From positions 16,983-80,982 of IMG/VR virus record IMGVR_UViG_2938655777_000006: 64,000 nt of DNA; one strand, written 5' to 3'. Each line of letters begins with the position of its first letter. Positions within the stretch are counted from its first letter, which is position 1. Below are positions 51,115-60,082 of the stretch, one piece after another. A model generated the notes under the pieces. That model was not told the origin of the DNA, searched no databases, and saw only the letters and a program-made list of their open reading frames with translations. Made by a program: the position numbers and the translations under genes. Source of the stretch: a virus. Taxonomy: Duplodnaviria > Heunggongvirae > Uroviricota > Caudoviricetes.

Positions 51115-51563
51115 TCTTAATTTTGATGGCTGGAAGTGTTAAAAGTAGATTCAACTAAAAGATAGGTGAATTATGAGATGTATTGCGATAAGTGTGGTAA
51201 GAAGCTGGAGGATGTGCTGGAACATGTTAAACATATCCTCCATGAGTGCGATGGAGAGAATACATAAAATAGTAAGGGGAAGCAGTAATAATGGACGAGA
51301 ATGCAAGGGAGACGCTCAGAAAGGCTGTGTATTTAATAGGCATAGGGGAAGGTCTGAAGGCGAGTGAGTTATTGATTGAGTTGCTAAATCGCACAAATAC
51401 TTCTGTAGATTAATTTATGTTGTAAAATATACACACGTAGTATCATAGCAGTCCTAATTAAGTATGAAATTTTACGAAAAATAGCCGCTATCTTTGATCG
51501 GATGTTCGGCTATTTTTTATTTATCTTGCGTAAAATATAATTTTTATTAAGAAACCTGCCAAC

Positions 51564-52085
51564 TTACATGGCAGGTTCTTTGTGTTGAGGCATGTTTTTT
51601 TGTATTTGATCCGCTCTATGCAATATTTTCAATAAAGTGTCTAAATCATCACTAGCAATAGGTCGTCGATCTTCTTTATTGCTTTCTTGAATTTCTATAG
51701 TTAATTCAGTTATTTTATTCTTCTGTGTGCGTATGGTTTCTTGCATATTAAGATATTCGACTCGTAAATTATTTAAAGATTGAATAGCAATGTCTATTTC
51801 GTTCATAAAATTTATTTCAATCTTTTGAATGGGTGCAGCACTAATACTGTTTTTTGAGTTTATCTTATTGTTCATTCTCTCTTCTTTCGCTGCCTTTATT
51901 TCATTGTAATACTTATGTCTTAAAGCACTGTTCCAACGAAATCCGCATGCTGCTGCTGTACGATTAAGTTCATTCCCAACTTCCTGAAATGCGGTTAATT
52001 GCGTTTTATTACTACTTATATGGGTTAGAACCGTATTAGCTAGCAAATCATCTTCAGGTTGAGTCCAAGCATCTTGTCTATGCAT
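51564..52085 (-). CDS. RsfA/YlbO-family transcription factor
   Basis: RQDAWTQPEDDLLANTVL..I....TQLTAFQEVG..LNRTAAACGFRWNS signature. Confidence 0.9.
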   Translation of the reverse strand: MHRQDAWTQPEDDLLANTVLTHISSNKTQLTAFQEVGNELNRTAAACGFRWNSALRHKYYNEIKAAKEERMNNKINSKNSISAAPIQKIEINFMNEIDIAIQSLNNLRVEYLNMQETIRTQKNKITELTIEIQESNKEDRRPIASDDLDTLLKILHRADQIQKNMPQHKEPAM

Positions 52086-52359
52086 ATGTATTCCTCCAAT
52101 ATACTTTTTACTAAGTATATCCAGTTATCAAGTTTTCTATGCAGCAATATTGTAAAAATACGCATGGTGTTTAAATTACTTGACAGAACAAACGTTCCGT
52201 ATTGTATTTTATTATTTTTATTTGTATAATTACCAGTATAGAGAGCAAGAAAGCGAGAAGTATAGTTAGTCAAATTAGAAGTTGTAGATATATATAATAA
52301 GAATACATGGAAAATAACGATAAGAAAAATAAGATTTAATAATAAGGAGCGTGTACATA

Positions 52360-52740
52360 ATGGCGGTAGCAGTGGAAAACGAAGTAAGAGAAATTAAAAA
52401 ATTAGATGTGTGGATCGCAAATTTAGGAGAAACTGATAGAGGAAAAACGAATATTCAAAAAGGACAGCGACCTGTAATTGTTATGAGTAACAATATAGGA
52501 AATAAATTCTCTCCAGTAGTAATGGTAGTACCTTTGTCAGCGCAGACCCAAAAAGCAAACTTTCCAACTCATGTACTTTTAGACAAAGATAAGTGCGGAT
52601 TCGATAGACATTCTGTGGCTCTGTTTGAACAAATGCGAGTTTTAGATAAAAAGGATTTAGCATGCAAGGTCGCAAGCATTCCCCAAGAATATGAATTGAG
52701 TTTAAACAGTACATATAAAGTAGTAGCAGGAATTAGTTAA
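52360..52740 (+). CDS. mazF: MazF/PemK endoribonuclease toxin (NdoA-like)
   Basis: ATG 52360; QKGQRPVIVMSNNIGNKFSP, AQTQKANFPTHV, EQMRVLDK. Confidence 0.92.
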   Translation: MAVAVENEVREIKKLDVWIANLGETDRGKTNIQKGQRPVIVMSNNIGNKFSPVVMVVPLSAQTQKANFPTHVLLDKDKCGFDRHSVALFEQMRVLDKKDLACKVASIPQEYELSLNSTYKVVAGIS

Positions 52741-52778
52741 CTTAACAGGAGTGAAATAAAAGAAGGGATTGCCTTCTT

Positions 52779-52988
52779 TTATTTTTTATTTAGAGTAAGT
52801 AATTCTGAGATATCAATCCCTAGTTCATCGCATAGAATAGAAATATTCTTTAAAGAAATTTGTTTCACATCGTTGTTACACATATTGTTGATAGTGGCTT
52901 GTCTAATTCCTGTTCTTCTAGCAATTTCTCTTTCACTGATTTCAAATTTTATAAGTATAGATTTGAGATTGATGTCAACCCAAGACAT
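52779..52988 (-). CDS. XRE-family HTH regulator (YozG/Cro-like)
   Basis: ATG 52988 after SD GGAGG; SEREIARRTGIRQATINNM...ISILCDELGIDISELL. Confidence 0.9.
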   Translation of the reverse strand: MSWVDINLKSILIKFEISEREIARRTGIRQATINNMCNNDVKQISLKNISILCDELGIDISELLTLNKK

Positions 52989-53019
52989 ACACATTTCCTC
53001 CATTAATTACAAATAGGGG

Positions 53020-53077
53020 TTGACACGAAAACGGATAAATCCTATAATATAACACAGGTGATACGTTTTTCGTGTCA
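53020..53077 (+). promoter_or_regulatory. Consensus SigA promoter with inverted-repeat operator
   Basis: TTGACA (53020)-N17-TATAAT (53043). TGACACGAAAACG (53021-53033) recurs inverted, with one extra base, at 53064-53077. Confidence 0.85.
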
Positions 53078-53198
53078 CTAACATAATAAGACAAATACAC
53101 TCCCTATGATTTGGGCGTAGGGTGTATTTGTCATTTTATTCTAGCAGAGTTTACGGTGAAATAACAGTAAAAAAATACATCCTTAGAGGACAACTACC

Positions 53199-53408
53199 AT
53201 GAAAAGATATCGTTTAATGAAATTAACAGCTTATGATAGAGAGCACAAATTGAAAACATGGAGATTTGTTAATATTGAAGCAGAAAATGTGCATGAGTTA
53301 AATAATTTTATGGCTAATGGTTTTCGTATATGGGACTCAGACAGAAATAAAGTTGTAAAAACAAATCTTGATCTAGATAAGTGGATAAAGGATCATCATG
53401 AGGAGTGA
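53199..53408 (+). CDS. Hypothetical protein
   Basis: ORF track; SD AGAGGA. Confidence 0.7.
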   Translation: MKRYRLMKLTAYDREHKLKTWRFVNIEAENVHELNNFMANGFRIWDSDRNKVVKTNLDLDKWIKDHHEE

Positions 53409-53812
53409 ATGGAGAAATGGCCCAAATTCTAACAAGGCATATGATTGAAATCGCTTATAAATACTCTAGAAAGGTGTACCATAATGAGTTGAAACTTAGT
53501 TCTGCGCTCAGTCATATTTCACTGCTATCAGGTATGCATAGAGGGACAGCTTTGGTGCACATCTCTGATTTTTGCTCAATGATGAAAGGCGAAGCATATA
53601 AGAGAAAGATGACCACAGATGCAACAAAATATTACTTGTTAAATATCTATAAAGATTATGGTATAGAAGCTTTAAATGGAGCTGTAGCAGCAGTCAAGTT
53701 ACATATAAAATATTTTAAAGAAGAGAAAAGTTTGAATTTGGTTAGACTTACAATGGTCGTTAAAGAGTTTAACAAAGGGTTGGCTAATAATGAAATAGTA
53801 ATTGAAGAATAA
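53405..53812 (+). CDS. Hypothetical protein (resembles an N-terminal domain seen on HNH nucleases; no nuclease motif here)
   Basis: F..MM.G..YKR.M...AT.YYL.NI..DYG pattern. Confidence 0.55.
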   Translation: MNGEMAQILTRHMIEIAYKYSRKVYHNELKLSSALSHISLLSGMHRGTALVHISDFCSMMKGEAYKRKMTTDATKYYLLNIYKDYGIEALNGAVAAVKLHIKYFKEEKSLNLVRLTMVVKEFNKGLANNEIVIEE

Positions 53813-53914
53813 TTAAAAGAATTACTAGAAAGCGGGCATAAATTATGCTACGCTTATTTTTTTACTCTTTGATAATAATTATCGCTTATAGTATATTTAA
53901 ATGGGGGGTGTATT

Positions 53915-54382
53915 ATGGGAACTAATATTATGACCTACACGCTAAACAGCGGTATTAAAGGAACTATTAGCCTATCCACGAAGCAAATACAAGACTGGAT
54001 AGAATCATATCGTGTAGGAAGCAAATATGTGACAACAGTAGGCAAGGAACATTTCGGATTGAATCCTGAGCTTGTAGCAGATTTTAAAGTACATAATGAA
54101 TTTTCTGAGCAAAGGGAGTATGTAACAGCATTACAGCAACCTACAGCAGTGAGTAAGGCCAGTGAACAGTTAGCAGACGCATACAGCCAACACAAGGTAT
54201 TGATTCAGGTGGAGTGTAAATGTGGAGCTTCCTATGTAGAAGAGTCAGCGTACAAGAGGAACAAATGGGGCTGTAAAGAATGTGGTGATATTGTGTTTTT
54301 GGATAGCAAGAAGGGTATGGTGGATACAGAGAAGGGTAATAAGGCTTGGTATATGACCAATAGGTATTTTGTTGAGAGGTGA
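53915..54382 (+). CDS. Zinc-ribbon protein
   Basis: ECKCG...WGCKECG. Confidence 0.7.
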   Translation: MGTNIMTYTLNSGIKGTISLSTKQIQDWIESYRVGSKYVTTVGKEHFGLNPELVADFKVHNEFSEQREYVTALQQPTAVSKASEQLADAYSQHKVLIQVECKCGASYVEESAYKRNKWGCKECGDIVFLDSKKGMVDTEKGNKAWYMTNRYFVER

Positions 54383-54390
54383 ATGCTGAT

Positions 54391-55161
54391 ATGAATTTGG
54401 AACTTGAAAATAAGTATATAGCTGAAGCAAAGCTGGCAGCAAAGGAAGCAGGAGGGTATCTCACAGTTGAACTCTTTGACTTTTATAGAAACAAAGAAAA
54501 AACTACTACATGGGATACCTATAATAGAAAAGCAAAAACAAGCTTTAAAGATTTTTTGAAAAAAGCAGGCATTCCAACAAAAGAAGAGTATTTATTAGAA
54601 AAGAACAGGATTAAAGCAATCAGTAATTTCAAATTATTAAATGTATTAAATGGGTATGTAGATAAAATGGATTATGAAGCTGGTAAATTCGAACCTGCTT
54701 GGGATTACATATCTGACCACTTTGGAATAGAAAAGATATGCAAATTTGCTGAAGTTAATTTGAAAAACAAATATACAAGCGTTGATTCGATGATTGTTGA
54801 TTTAAAAAATTCTATAAAAAAAATAGGTTATATCCCAACAAAAATAGAATATGATAGTTTGAAACTCAAACCATCTTCTAGTGCAATGAACAATAAAGGG
54901 TTGAGCTGGACTGAAGCGATGAAAAAAGCAGAATTTTCTCCAAAGAAAGTTGGGGAAAAAGTATGTGAGTACGAAAGATGTTATTCGCAGTTTCCTTATA
55001 TTGAAGGTAAGTTATTTTGCATCACTTGTGAGAACAAAATTAAGAATGAAATTCTAAATAAAATTGAATTAATGAATACAAAAGACTTAAAAGATGTGAC
55101 TAAAGTTCTGGTTTTGGAAGGTAATAATCACAAATTGTTAGATAAACTTAGGAAAAAATGA
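54391..55161 (+). CDS. Protein with homing-endonuclease-associated repeats and a C-terminal Cys cluster
   Basis: Repeated units such as GYIPTKIEYD...PS......GLSWTEAMKKA; ATG 54391. Confidence 0.6.
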   Translation: MNLELENKYIAEAKLAAKEAGGYLTVELFDFYRNKEKTTTWDTYNRKAKTSFKDFLKKAGIPTKEEYLLEKNRIKAISNFKLLNVLNGYVDKMDYEAGKFEPAWDYISDHFGIEKICKFAEVNLKNKYTSVDSMIVDLKNSIKKIGYIPTKIEYDSLKLKPSSSAMNNKGLSWTEAMKKAEFSPKKVGEKVCEYERCYSQFPYIEGKLFCITCENKIKNEILNKIELMNTKDLKDVTKVLVLEGNNHKLLDKLRKK

Positions 55162-55219
55162 TCGTGTATATTTATTATATTTATGTGTTATAATTCTTTA
55201 ATAAAGGAGTGTATCACAT

Positions 55220-56554
55220 TTGAAAACTGATCGCAGAGAAGTAGAAAAAATAATCATTGAGATACTTGATGAACATAAGACAAATAGAAAAAAGATACTT
55301 AGCGTAAATGACAGATTAAACTCACTAGGAGTTCCTTATGGAACATTAAATGAGATTGTTTTAAAAAAGAAAAGCATTGAAGAGGTTAGTCTACCTTTAT
55401 TGTGTGTCTTTACTGAGAGCATTAATAGTGTTTTTGGCGGTTTAGATCCACTTGAATATTTTACAGCGACTGAAATTAGAGAAGCCAAAGAAAGTATAGC
55501 CTCAGAATTCGTTAGCGAAACAATAAGTCTACCTTTGACTTTTAATGTAATACAAATTGACGAAAAAGCATATTCATCAAAAATATCAGCCAAGCTTCTA
55601 AATAAGATGTTCGAATCGCAGATGATAATATATGATCCAAGATCTCAAAGAGGATTAAAATATAAAGGCAATCGCAATGATGGAATTATTGAAACGCCTA
55701 TTGTAAATCAGTCTTCCGTTAGAACTATTGCAAATAAACTTGTTGCGAAAGACTATCTAACTGATACCATAAGGTTTAATGTTTATAATTTTGAATCAGA
55801 GCCAGTAACTTGGATTCCAAAAGAAGACGATTTTGGACAATTAGTAATAAACAGAGACGCTACAATAAGTATATTAGATGGTTTTCACCGTTTACAGGCT
55901 ACTGTCAAAGCAATGAATGAGAAAAATGATTTAGATTTTAATTTTGAATTATCGATTAGAACTTATGATCAACAGACCGCTTCTAAATTTTTTGGTCAGA
56001 TAAACACAATCAACATTCTAAATAAAGACAGAAAGAAAGAATTGTCATCGGAAGGGCGTTCAGCTTCTGTCGTAAAAGAATTGCAAACAAACCAAGACAG
56101 CGAACTCAAGGGTATTCGAATTGCTTCTGCAACCAAGCCTAATACTGCTGTTGGACAGTTAACAACTTTCAGTATCTTAAATTTAGCGATTGAAAGAACC
56201 TTTAATCCTCAGACGTATCTTGATTATCAAAATGTATCTCACTATCTTGTGAAATATTTTGGTATTTTGATAAGTCTATATGTGGATGCTTTTTTGGAAA
56301 ATAGAGAAAAGTATGATAAAAGCTATATAAATCACCCTTTAATGTTTTTTGGATACACGGTGATTGCTTATAGAATGTATCAAAAAGATAATCAAAACAT
56401 CAGTCCTAAGGAGTTAAATAAAATAATTGATAATCTTGATTTAAGTAACGATAAAATACTGATAGATTTATTTGAGGCTAAAAGAGCTTATTCGTCTACT
56501 CGCATTCAAGTGGACATACTAAAACATTTCGAAAATTTAATTAAAGAGGTGTAA
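55220..56554 (+). CDS. DndB/DGQHR-like protein, SPbeta YopQ (SroE)-like
   Basis: QRG, ILDGFHRL, FGQINT motifs; 444 aa directly upstream of the YopR-like gene. Confidence 0.8.
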   Translation: MKTDRREVEKIIIEILDEHKTNRKKILSVNDRLNSLGVPYGTLNEIVLKKKSIEEVSLPLLCVFTESINSVFGGLDPLEYFTATEIREAKESIASEFVSETISLPLTFNVIQIDEKAYSSKISAKLLNKMFESQMIIYDPRSQRGLKYKGNRNDGIIETPIVNQSSVRTIANKLVAKDYLTDTIRFNVYNFESEPVTWIPKEDDFGQLVINRDATISILDGFHRLQATVKAMNEKNDLDFNFELSIRTYDQQTASKFFGQINTINILNKDRKKELSSEGRSASVVKELQTNQDSELKGIRIASATKPNTAVGQLTTFSILNLAIERTFNPQTYLDYQNVSHYLVKYFGILISLYVDAFLENREKYDKSYINHPLMFFGYTVIAYRMYQKDNQNISPKELNKIIDNLDLSNDKILIDLFEAKRAYSSTRIQVDILKHFENLIKEV

Positions 56555-56558
56555 CAAA

Positions 56559-57536
56559 TTGAATAATATATATGGGGATAGCCTATATAATCCAGAAATC
56601 AAAAAAAGATTTTTAAGCGAATTCAGAGAAAACACTCGTAAAAACTATGAAGGAAAGCTAAAACGAGCAAGTAGAGTAGAAATGAGATTAGGTAAAGACC
56701 TCTACGATTTTACATTAAGCGAATTTGAAGAGGTTATTTACCTCTTGGCTCCCACAAAGTTAAGTAGTGCCATGAACTATGGGTCAATTCTCAGAAAATA
56801 TGTTGAGTGGGCAAGTGGGCATGGTCTTAGAAAAGATAAAATGAATCCACTTGCTTCAATGAAAGGGAAAAGCGATTTTGAAAAATTTGTACCACAGCAA
56901 ACATTAATTCGAAAAGATCACCTAGACGATGCTTTATCAGAGTTGGATAGCTATAGAGATATAGCGATAATACTATCAATATTTGAAGGTATACTGGGTA
57001 GAAACAGTTCTGAAATAAGAACTTTAAAAGTGGGAAATATCGATAAGGTCAATAATAAAATAAAACTAACAAATGTAGACCGCTATGAAACAACAGAAAG
57101 AGAAATCATTGTTAGTGATTTTTTAATTGATGCTCTTTTAGCAGCAGATCAAGAGGAAGTGTATAAATCTAATTTTGGTGAAGGCAGCAAAAGAAAAGAC
57201 ACTTCCAAATTAAAAGACAGTGATTATATAATAAAGAGCACAAGAGGAGAAGAAGTTAAGCAGTCATTAATAACATTTGTTATTACTAAATTTGGTGAAA
57301 AGCTGAATAGACCAAGTTTATCTCCAATCGATATAAGAAATTCAGGTATGTTAGAAATGGCAAGAAAAGAATATCTCCGTGAGAATAAAAAAACTTTAGA
57401 TCGTTCAGATATTCATAAGATATGTAAACAATTTAATGTTGGTTTGCGTGATGGTGGCATAATCAACAGTACAATGTATACTCAAGATTTCCTCAATGAA
57501 GAAACCATAAAAAGAGTTTACCCTGAAGTAGAATAA
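56559..57536 (+). CDS. mrpR: MrpR/YopR (SroF)-like master repressor with a degenerate recombinase fold
   Basis: 325 aa; YN.EIK.RFL, LGKDLYDFT..E, IFEGILG, IRNSGM; HxxR His and catalytic Tyr not evident; YopQ-YopR synteny. Confidence 0.78.
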   Translation: MNNIYGDSLYNPEIKKRFLSEFRENTRKNYEGKLKRASRVEMRLGKDLYDFTLSEFEEVIYLLAPTKLSSAMNYGSILRKYVEWASGHGLRKDKMNPLASMKGKSDFEKFVPQQTLIRKDHLDDALSELDSYRDIAIILSIFEGILGRNSSEIRTLKVGNIDKVNNKIKLTNVDRYETTEREIIVSDFLIDALLAADQEEVYKSNFGEGSKRKDTSKLKDSDYIIKSTRGEEVKQSLITFVITKFGEKLNRPSLSPIDIRNSGMLEMARKEYLRENKKTLDRSDIHKICKQFNVGLRDGGIINSTMYTQDFLNEETIKRVYPEVE

Positions 57537-57573
57537 GTTTTTCTTATTCTACTTTTTTTTATGGAAAATTGTG

Positions 57574-57625
57574 TTGACATCAACGAAAACGCATGATATA
57601 TTTAGGGTACAAATTCATTATATTT
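57574..57625 (+). promoter_or_regulatory. SigA promoter of the agr-like operon with two phage motifs
   Basis: TTGACA (57574)-N17-TATATT (57597); ACGAAAACG in the spacer; inverted AAATATAATGAA at 57614-57625. Confidence 0.75.
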
Positions 57626-57649
57626 AATTATAAGAACGTGAGGGCTAAC

Positions 57650-58291
57650 ATGGAAACGGCTAAATACATAATATTTTCAATGTTGGATGGTATGGCAATT
57701 TTTATTTTTGGATTTGGTATGTATTCTATAAAGCTAAGAGACTACTGGGTTCAATTTATCGTTTCAAGTCTGTGTATTTCTGTAGGTACCTTCTTGTATG
57801 TGGAATACGACCTTCCGACTAGAGTTGCACCGATTGCCAATTTATTATTATTGATAATATTTCTCGTGATTTTATTTAAACTATCTCCCCTTTCATCATT
57901 GAGGATATCGGGAATAAGTTTTTTAGTGCAGATGATTTTACAAACTTTAACTGCGCTTATACTTGCAAGTACACTTAATATTGATTTTTTTGAAACAACA
58001 AAAGAATATGGAATACTGATTCAATTCTTGGGTGACACAGTAATGGTCATCATAAGTTTGATATTAAGGAAACGATCTATCTTCTTTACAACATTACCAT
58101 ATCAATATACATTAAAATTCAAAATTAACACCTCGAATATAATACTTTTTATTGTGTCTCTGCTCGGTATAGCTTTAATGACAAAGCCTACTTTCAACAA
58201 TATGACTTCAAGTGTAGTTTTCTGGATAGCAATATTCGTATTATTGATTCTAATAGAAAGAAGAAAGGAAATTAAAAATGAATATGATTGA
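57650..58291 (+). CDS. Polytopic membrane protein resembling an AgrC sensor domain, with no kinase domain
   Basis: ATG 57650; about 6-7 hydrophobic segments; ends 10 residues after the last TM; no H-box or HATPase; overlaps agrB. Confidence 0.7.
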   Translation: METAKYIIFSMLDGMAIFIFGFGMYSIKLRDYWVQFIVSSLCISVGTFLYVEYDLPTRVAPIANLLLLIIFLVILFKLSPLSSLRISGISFLVQMILQTLTALILASTLNIDFFETTKEYGILIQFLGDTVMVIISLILRKRSIFFTTLPYQYTLKFKINTSNIILFIVSLLGIALMTKPTFNNMTSSVVFWIAIFVLLILIERRKEIKNEYD

Positions 58292-58814
58292 TCAAATAGC
58301 CGATAAGTGGAGTTGTGCAGCTAAAAGTAAATATCCTGATGAATTACCGTCACAACAAATAGTGAGATATACATTAAAATTTATAATCTCGAATACCATT
58401 CCCATATTTATAGTATTAATTGCATCGATGCTATTAGGCATTACTAAAGAAACAGTATTTGCATTAATAGGGTTTTCATCACTTAGAATGTTTTCAGGTG
58501 GTTTTCACTTTAAATCGGCAGATATGTGCATAGTTTTTTCATCGCTAGTAATAATTTTAATAGCATTGGGAGGCAATTATTTCGAGAATTACTCTTTTGC
58601 TATGTATCTAGCCAGTGTAATATTGGTAATGATATATGCACCAAGTAAGATAGAACAGCAAACAAGAGTGAAACCGGAAAAATTTAAATGGTTTAAAATT
58701 ATATCCTTAATAATAGTTTCGCTGATATATATAATAAATATTCCAGTAATGAATTTAGCTGTTTTAGTACAAAGTCTCCTCTTGATACGCTTGAGAGGAG
58801 GTGAAAAGTTATGA
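58278..58814 (+). CDS. agrB: AgrB accessory gene regulator B (peptide-processing protease/cyclase)
   Basis: LRMFSGGFH (catalytic His), Cys 7 residues later, YAP motif, TM pattern. Confidence 0.93.
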   Translation: MNMIDQIADKWSCAAKSKYPDELPSQQIVRYTLKFIISNTIPIFIVLIASMLLGITKETVFALIGFSSLRMFSGGFHFKSADMCIVFSSLVIILIALGGNYFENYSFAMYLASVILVMIYAPSKIEQQTRVKPEKFKWFKIISLIIVSLIYIINIPVMNLAVLVQSLLLIRLRGGEKL

Positions 58815-58933
58815 AATTGAACAAACTTATGCTGATTGTTGGTAGTTTTTGCTCTCTGTTGGCAGTAACAGTGGTAAGCACTGCTAGTTGGACATTGATC
58901 CATGGAGAAGCAGTGCCAGAAGAATTGAAATAA
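58811..58933 (+). CDS. agrD: AgrD-like cyclic lactone autoinducer propeptide, 40 aa
   Basis: MKLNKLMLIVGSFCSLLAVTVVSTA-SWTLI-HGEAVPEELK: amphipathic leader, Ser-nucleated 5-residue ring, acidic/Pro tail; overlaps the agrB stop; SD GAGGAGGTG. Confidence 0.9.
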   Translation: MKLNKLMLIVGSFCSLLAVTVVSTASWTLIHGEAVPEELK

Positions 58934-58937
58934 TATA

Positions 58938-58980
58938 TTTGGGGTCCCGCTCTTTCTTCTGGGTGGGGCGAGACCCCAAA
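58938..58980 (+). other. GC-rich stem-loop between agrD and the LytTR gene
   Basis: TTTGGGGTC / GACCCCAAA outer stem plus inner CGCTC/GGGCG pairing. Confidence 0.7.
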
Positions 58981-59000
58981 TGAATTAAGAGGTGATAATA

Positions 59001-59393
59001 TTGAAGTCAACAGACACTATAAAAGTAGTAAAAAAAATAGGTGACAAAATAGATGAAGTAGCAATTATGTTACCAGTGTCAGAAGTTCAAGGATTTAGAA
59101 CTGAAAAAAAGAGCGGAAAAACAGGACAAACACGGATTGTATACATAACAGATAATGGTGAGTTTATTGATGAAACAAGAACAGAACAGACAATGCGTTT
59201 ATTTGAGAACATTGAAGGATTCGTAAGAGTTGGGAGAGGAAGTATGGCCGATGTGACTAAGATTGACGAAATCGATGAAAGGGTATATGAGATATATTTT
59301 GATAAGAGTAAAAAAAGCTTCGTGGAAATCGCAGCGGTACATTTGGCAACAGTAAAAAAAATGTTACAGAGACTAAGAAACAATAAAAAATAA
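59001..59393 (+). CDS. Stand-alone LytTR-like DNA-binding protein (no receiver domain)
   Basis: TTG 59001 after SD GAGGTG; FVRVGRGSMADVTKI resembles the LytTR F.R.HRS.IVN...I motif; beta-rich; 130 aa. Confidence 0.7.
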   Translation: MKSTDTIKVVKKIGDKIDEVAIMLPVSEVQGFRTEKKSGKTGQTRIVYITDNGEFIDETRTEQTMRLFENIEGFVRVGRGSMADVTKIDEIDERVYEIYFDKSKKSFVEIAAVHLATVKKMLQRLRNNKK

Positions 59394-59624
59394 ATGTTAT
59401 TTTTGGTTTACTATTGCTTATACCTTTTGGCAGTAGTATAATTTGAATAAACACGAACATAGGTTCCCTAAATAGCGATTCGACAAAAAGTGACACACTA
59501 TATGGACATTTTTCCAGTATATTGATTAAGTCAATATATTTAGACATGGTGTGTAAAGTTGTTGCCTAATTATAGTAATCTCGTATAATAAAAGTATAGA
59601 ATTCGACAGCAAGGAGATAATGCT

Positions 59625-59999
59625 ATGCAGCAAGACGAACTAATATATCGGCTTGAGATACCACAAAGAGCCACAATAATAATAACAAAAATGAGTTTTC
59701 TTCTAAGAAGTGACTCTGACAGACAAAAAATGTTTACATTTTGCAATGATAATCCCGGCTCTGAGTATGTATTTCTCGCTGAGAAAAGAAAACAGTTGAT
59801 TGACGAAGAAGGTTATAAAGACAAGAATGAATTTATTAGTGATTATAATGATAATAATATCAAGGCGCTTGAGAAATTATGTCAAGAAAAAGTTGATGGT
59901 TTTAAGTTGGCTAGATTAAAAGTAACAGATCCAGAAACATTATATAGCTTGTATGAAAAAAATAAATATTCAAATTTGCTGCATTTAGCCTTGTCTTAG
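59625..59999 (+). CDS. Hypothetical protein
   Basis: ORF track; SD AAGGAG; promoter TTGCCT-N16-TATAAT upstream. Confidence 0.65.
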   Translation: MQQDELIYRLEIPQRATIIITKMSFLLRSDSDRQKMFTFCNDNPGSEYVFLAEKRKQLIDEEGYKDKNEFISDYNDNNIKALEKLCQEKVDGFKLARLKVTDPETLYSLYEKNKYSNLLHLALS

Positions 60000-60082
60000 A
60001 TAACCTTTGCCGAGCGTATTGGTTCGGCTGATTACATACTCCACAGATAGAGATAGAAGTTGTAAGGATGAATTAAACAAAT

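Noticed and set aside
57593-58291. Calling the membrane protein a full AgrC kinase or a frameshifted agrC
   Set aside because: No H-box or ATPase sequence is apparent downstream; agrB overlaps its stop, so there is no room for a kinase domain
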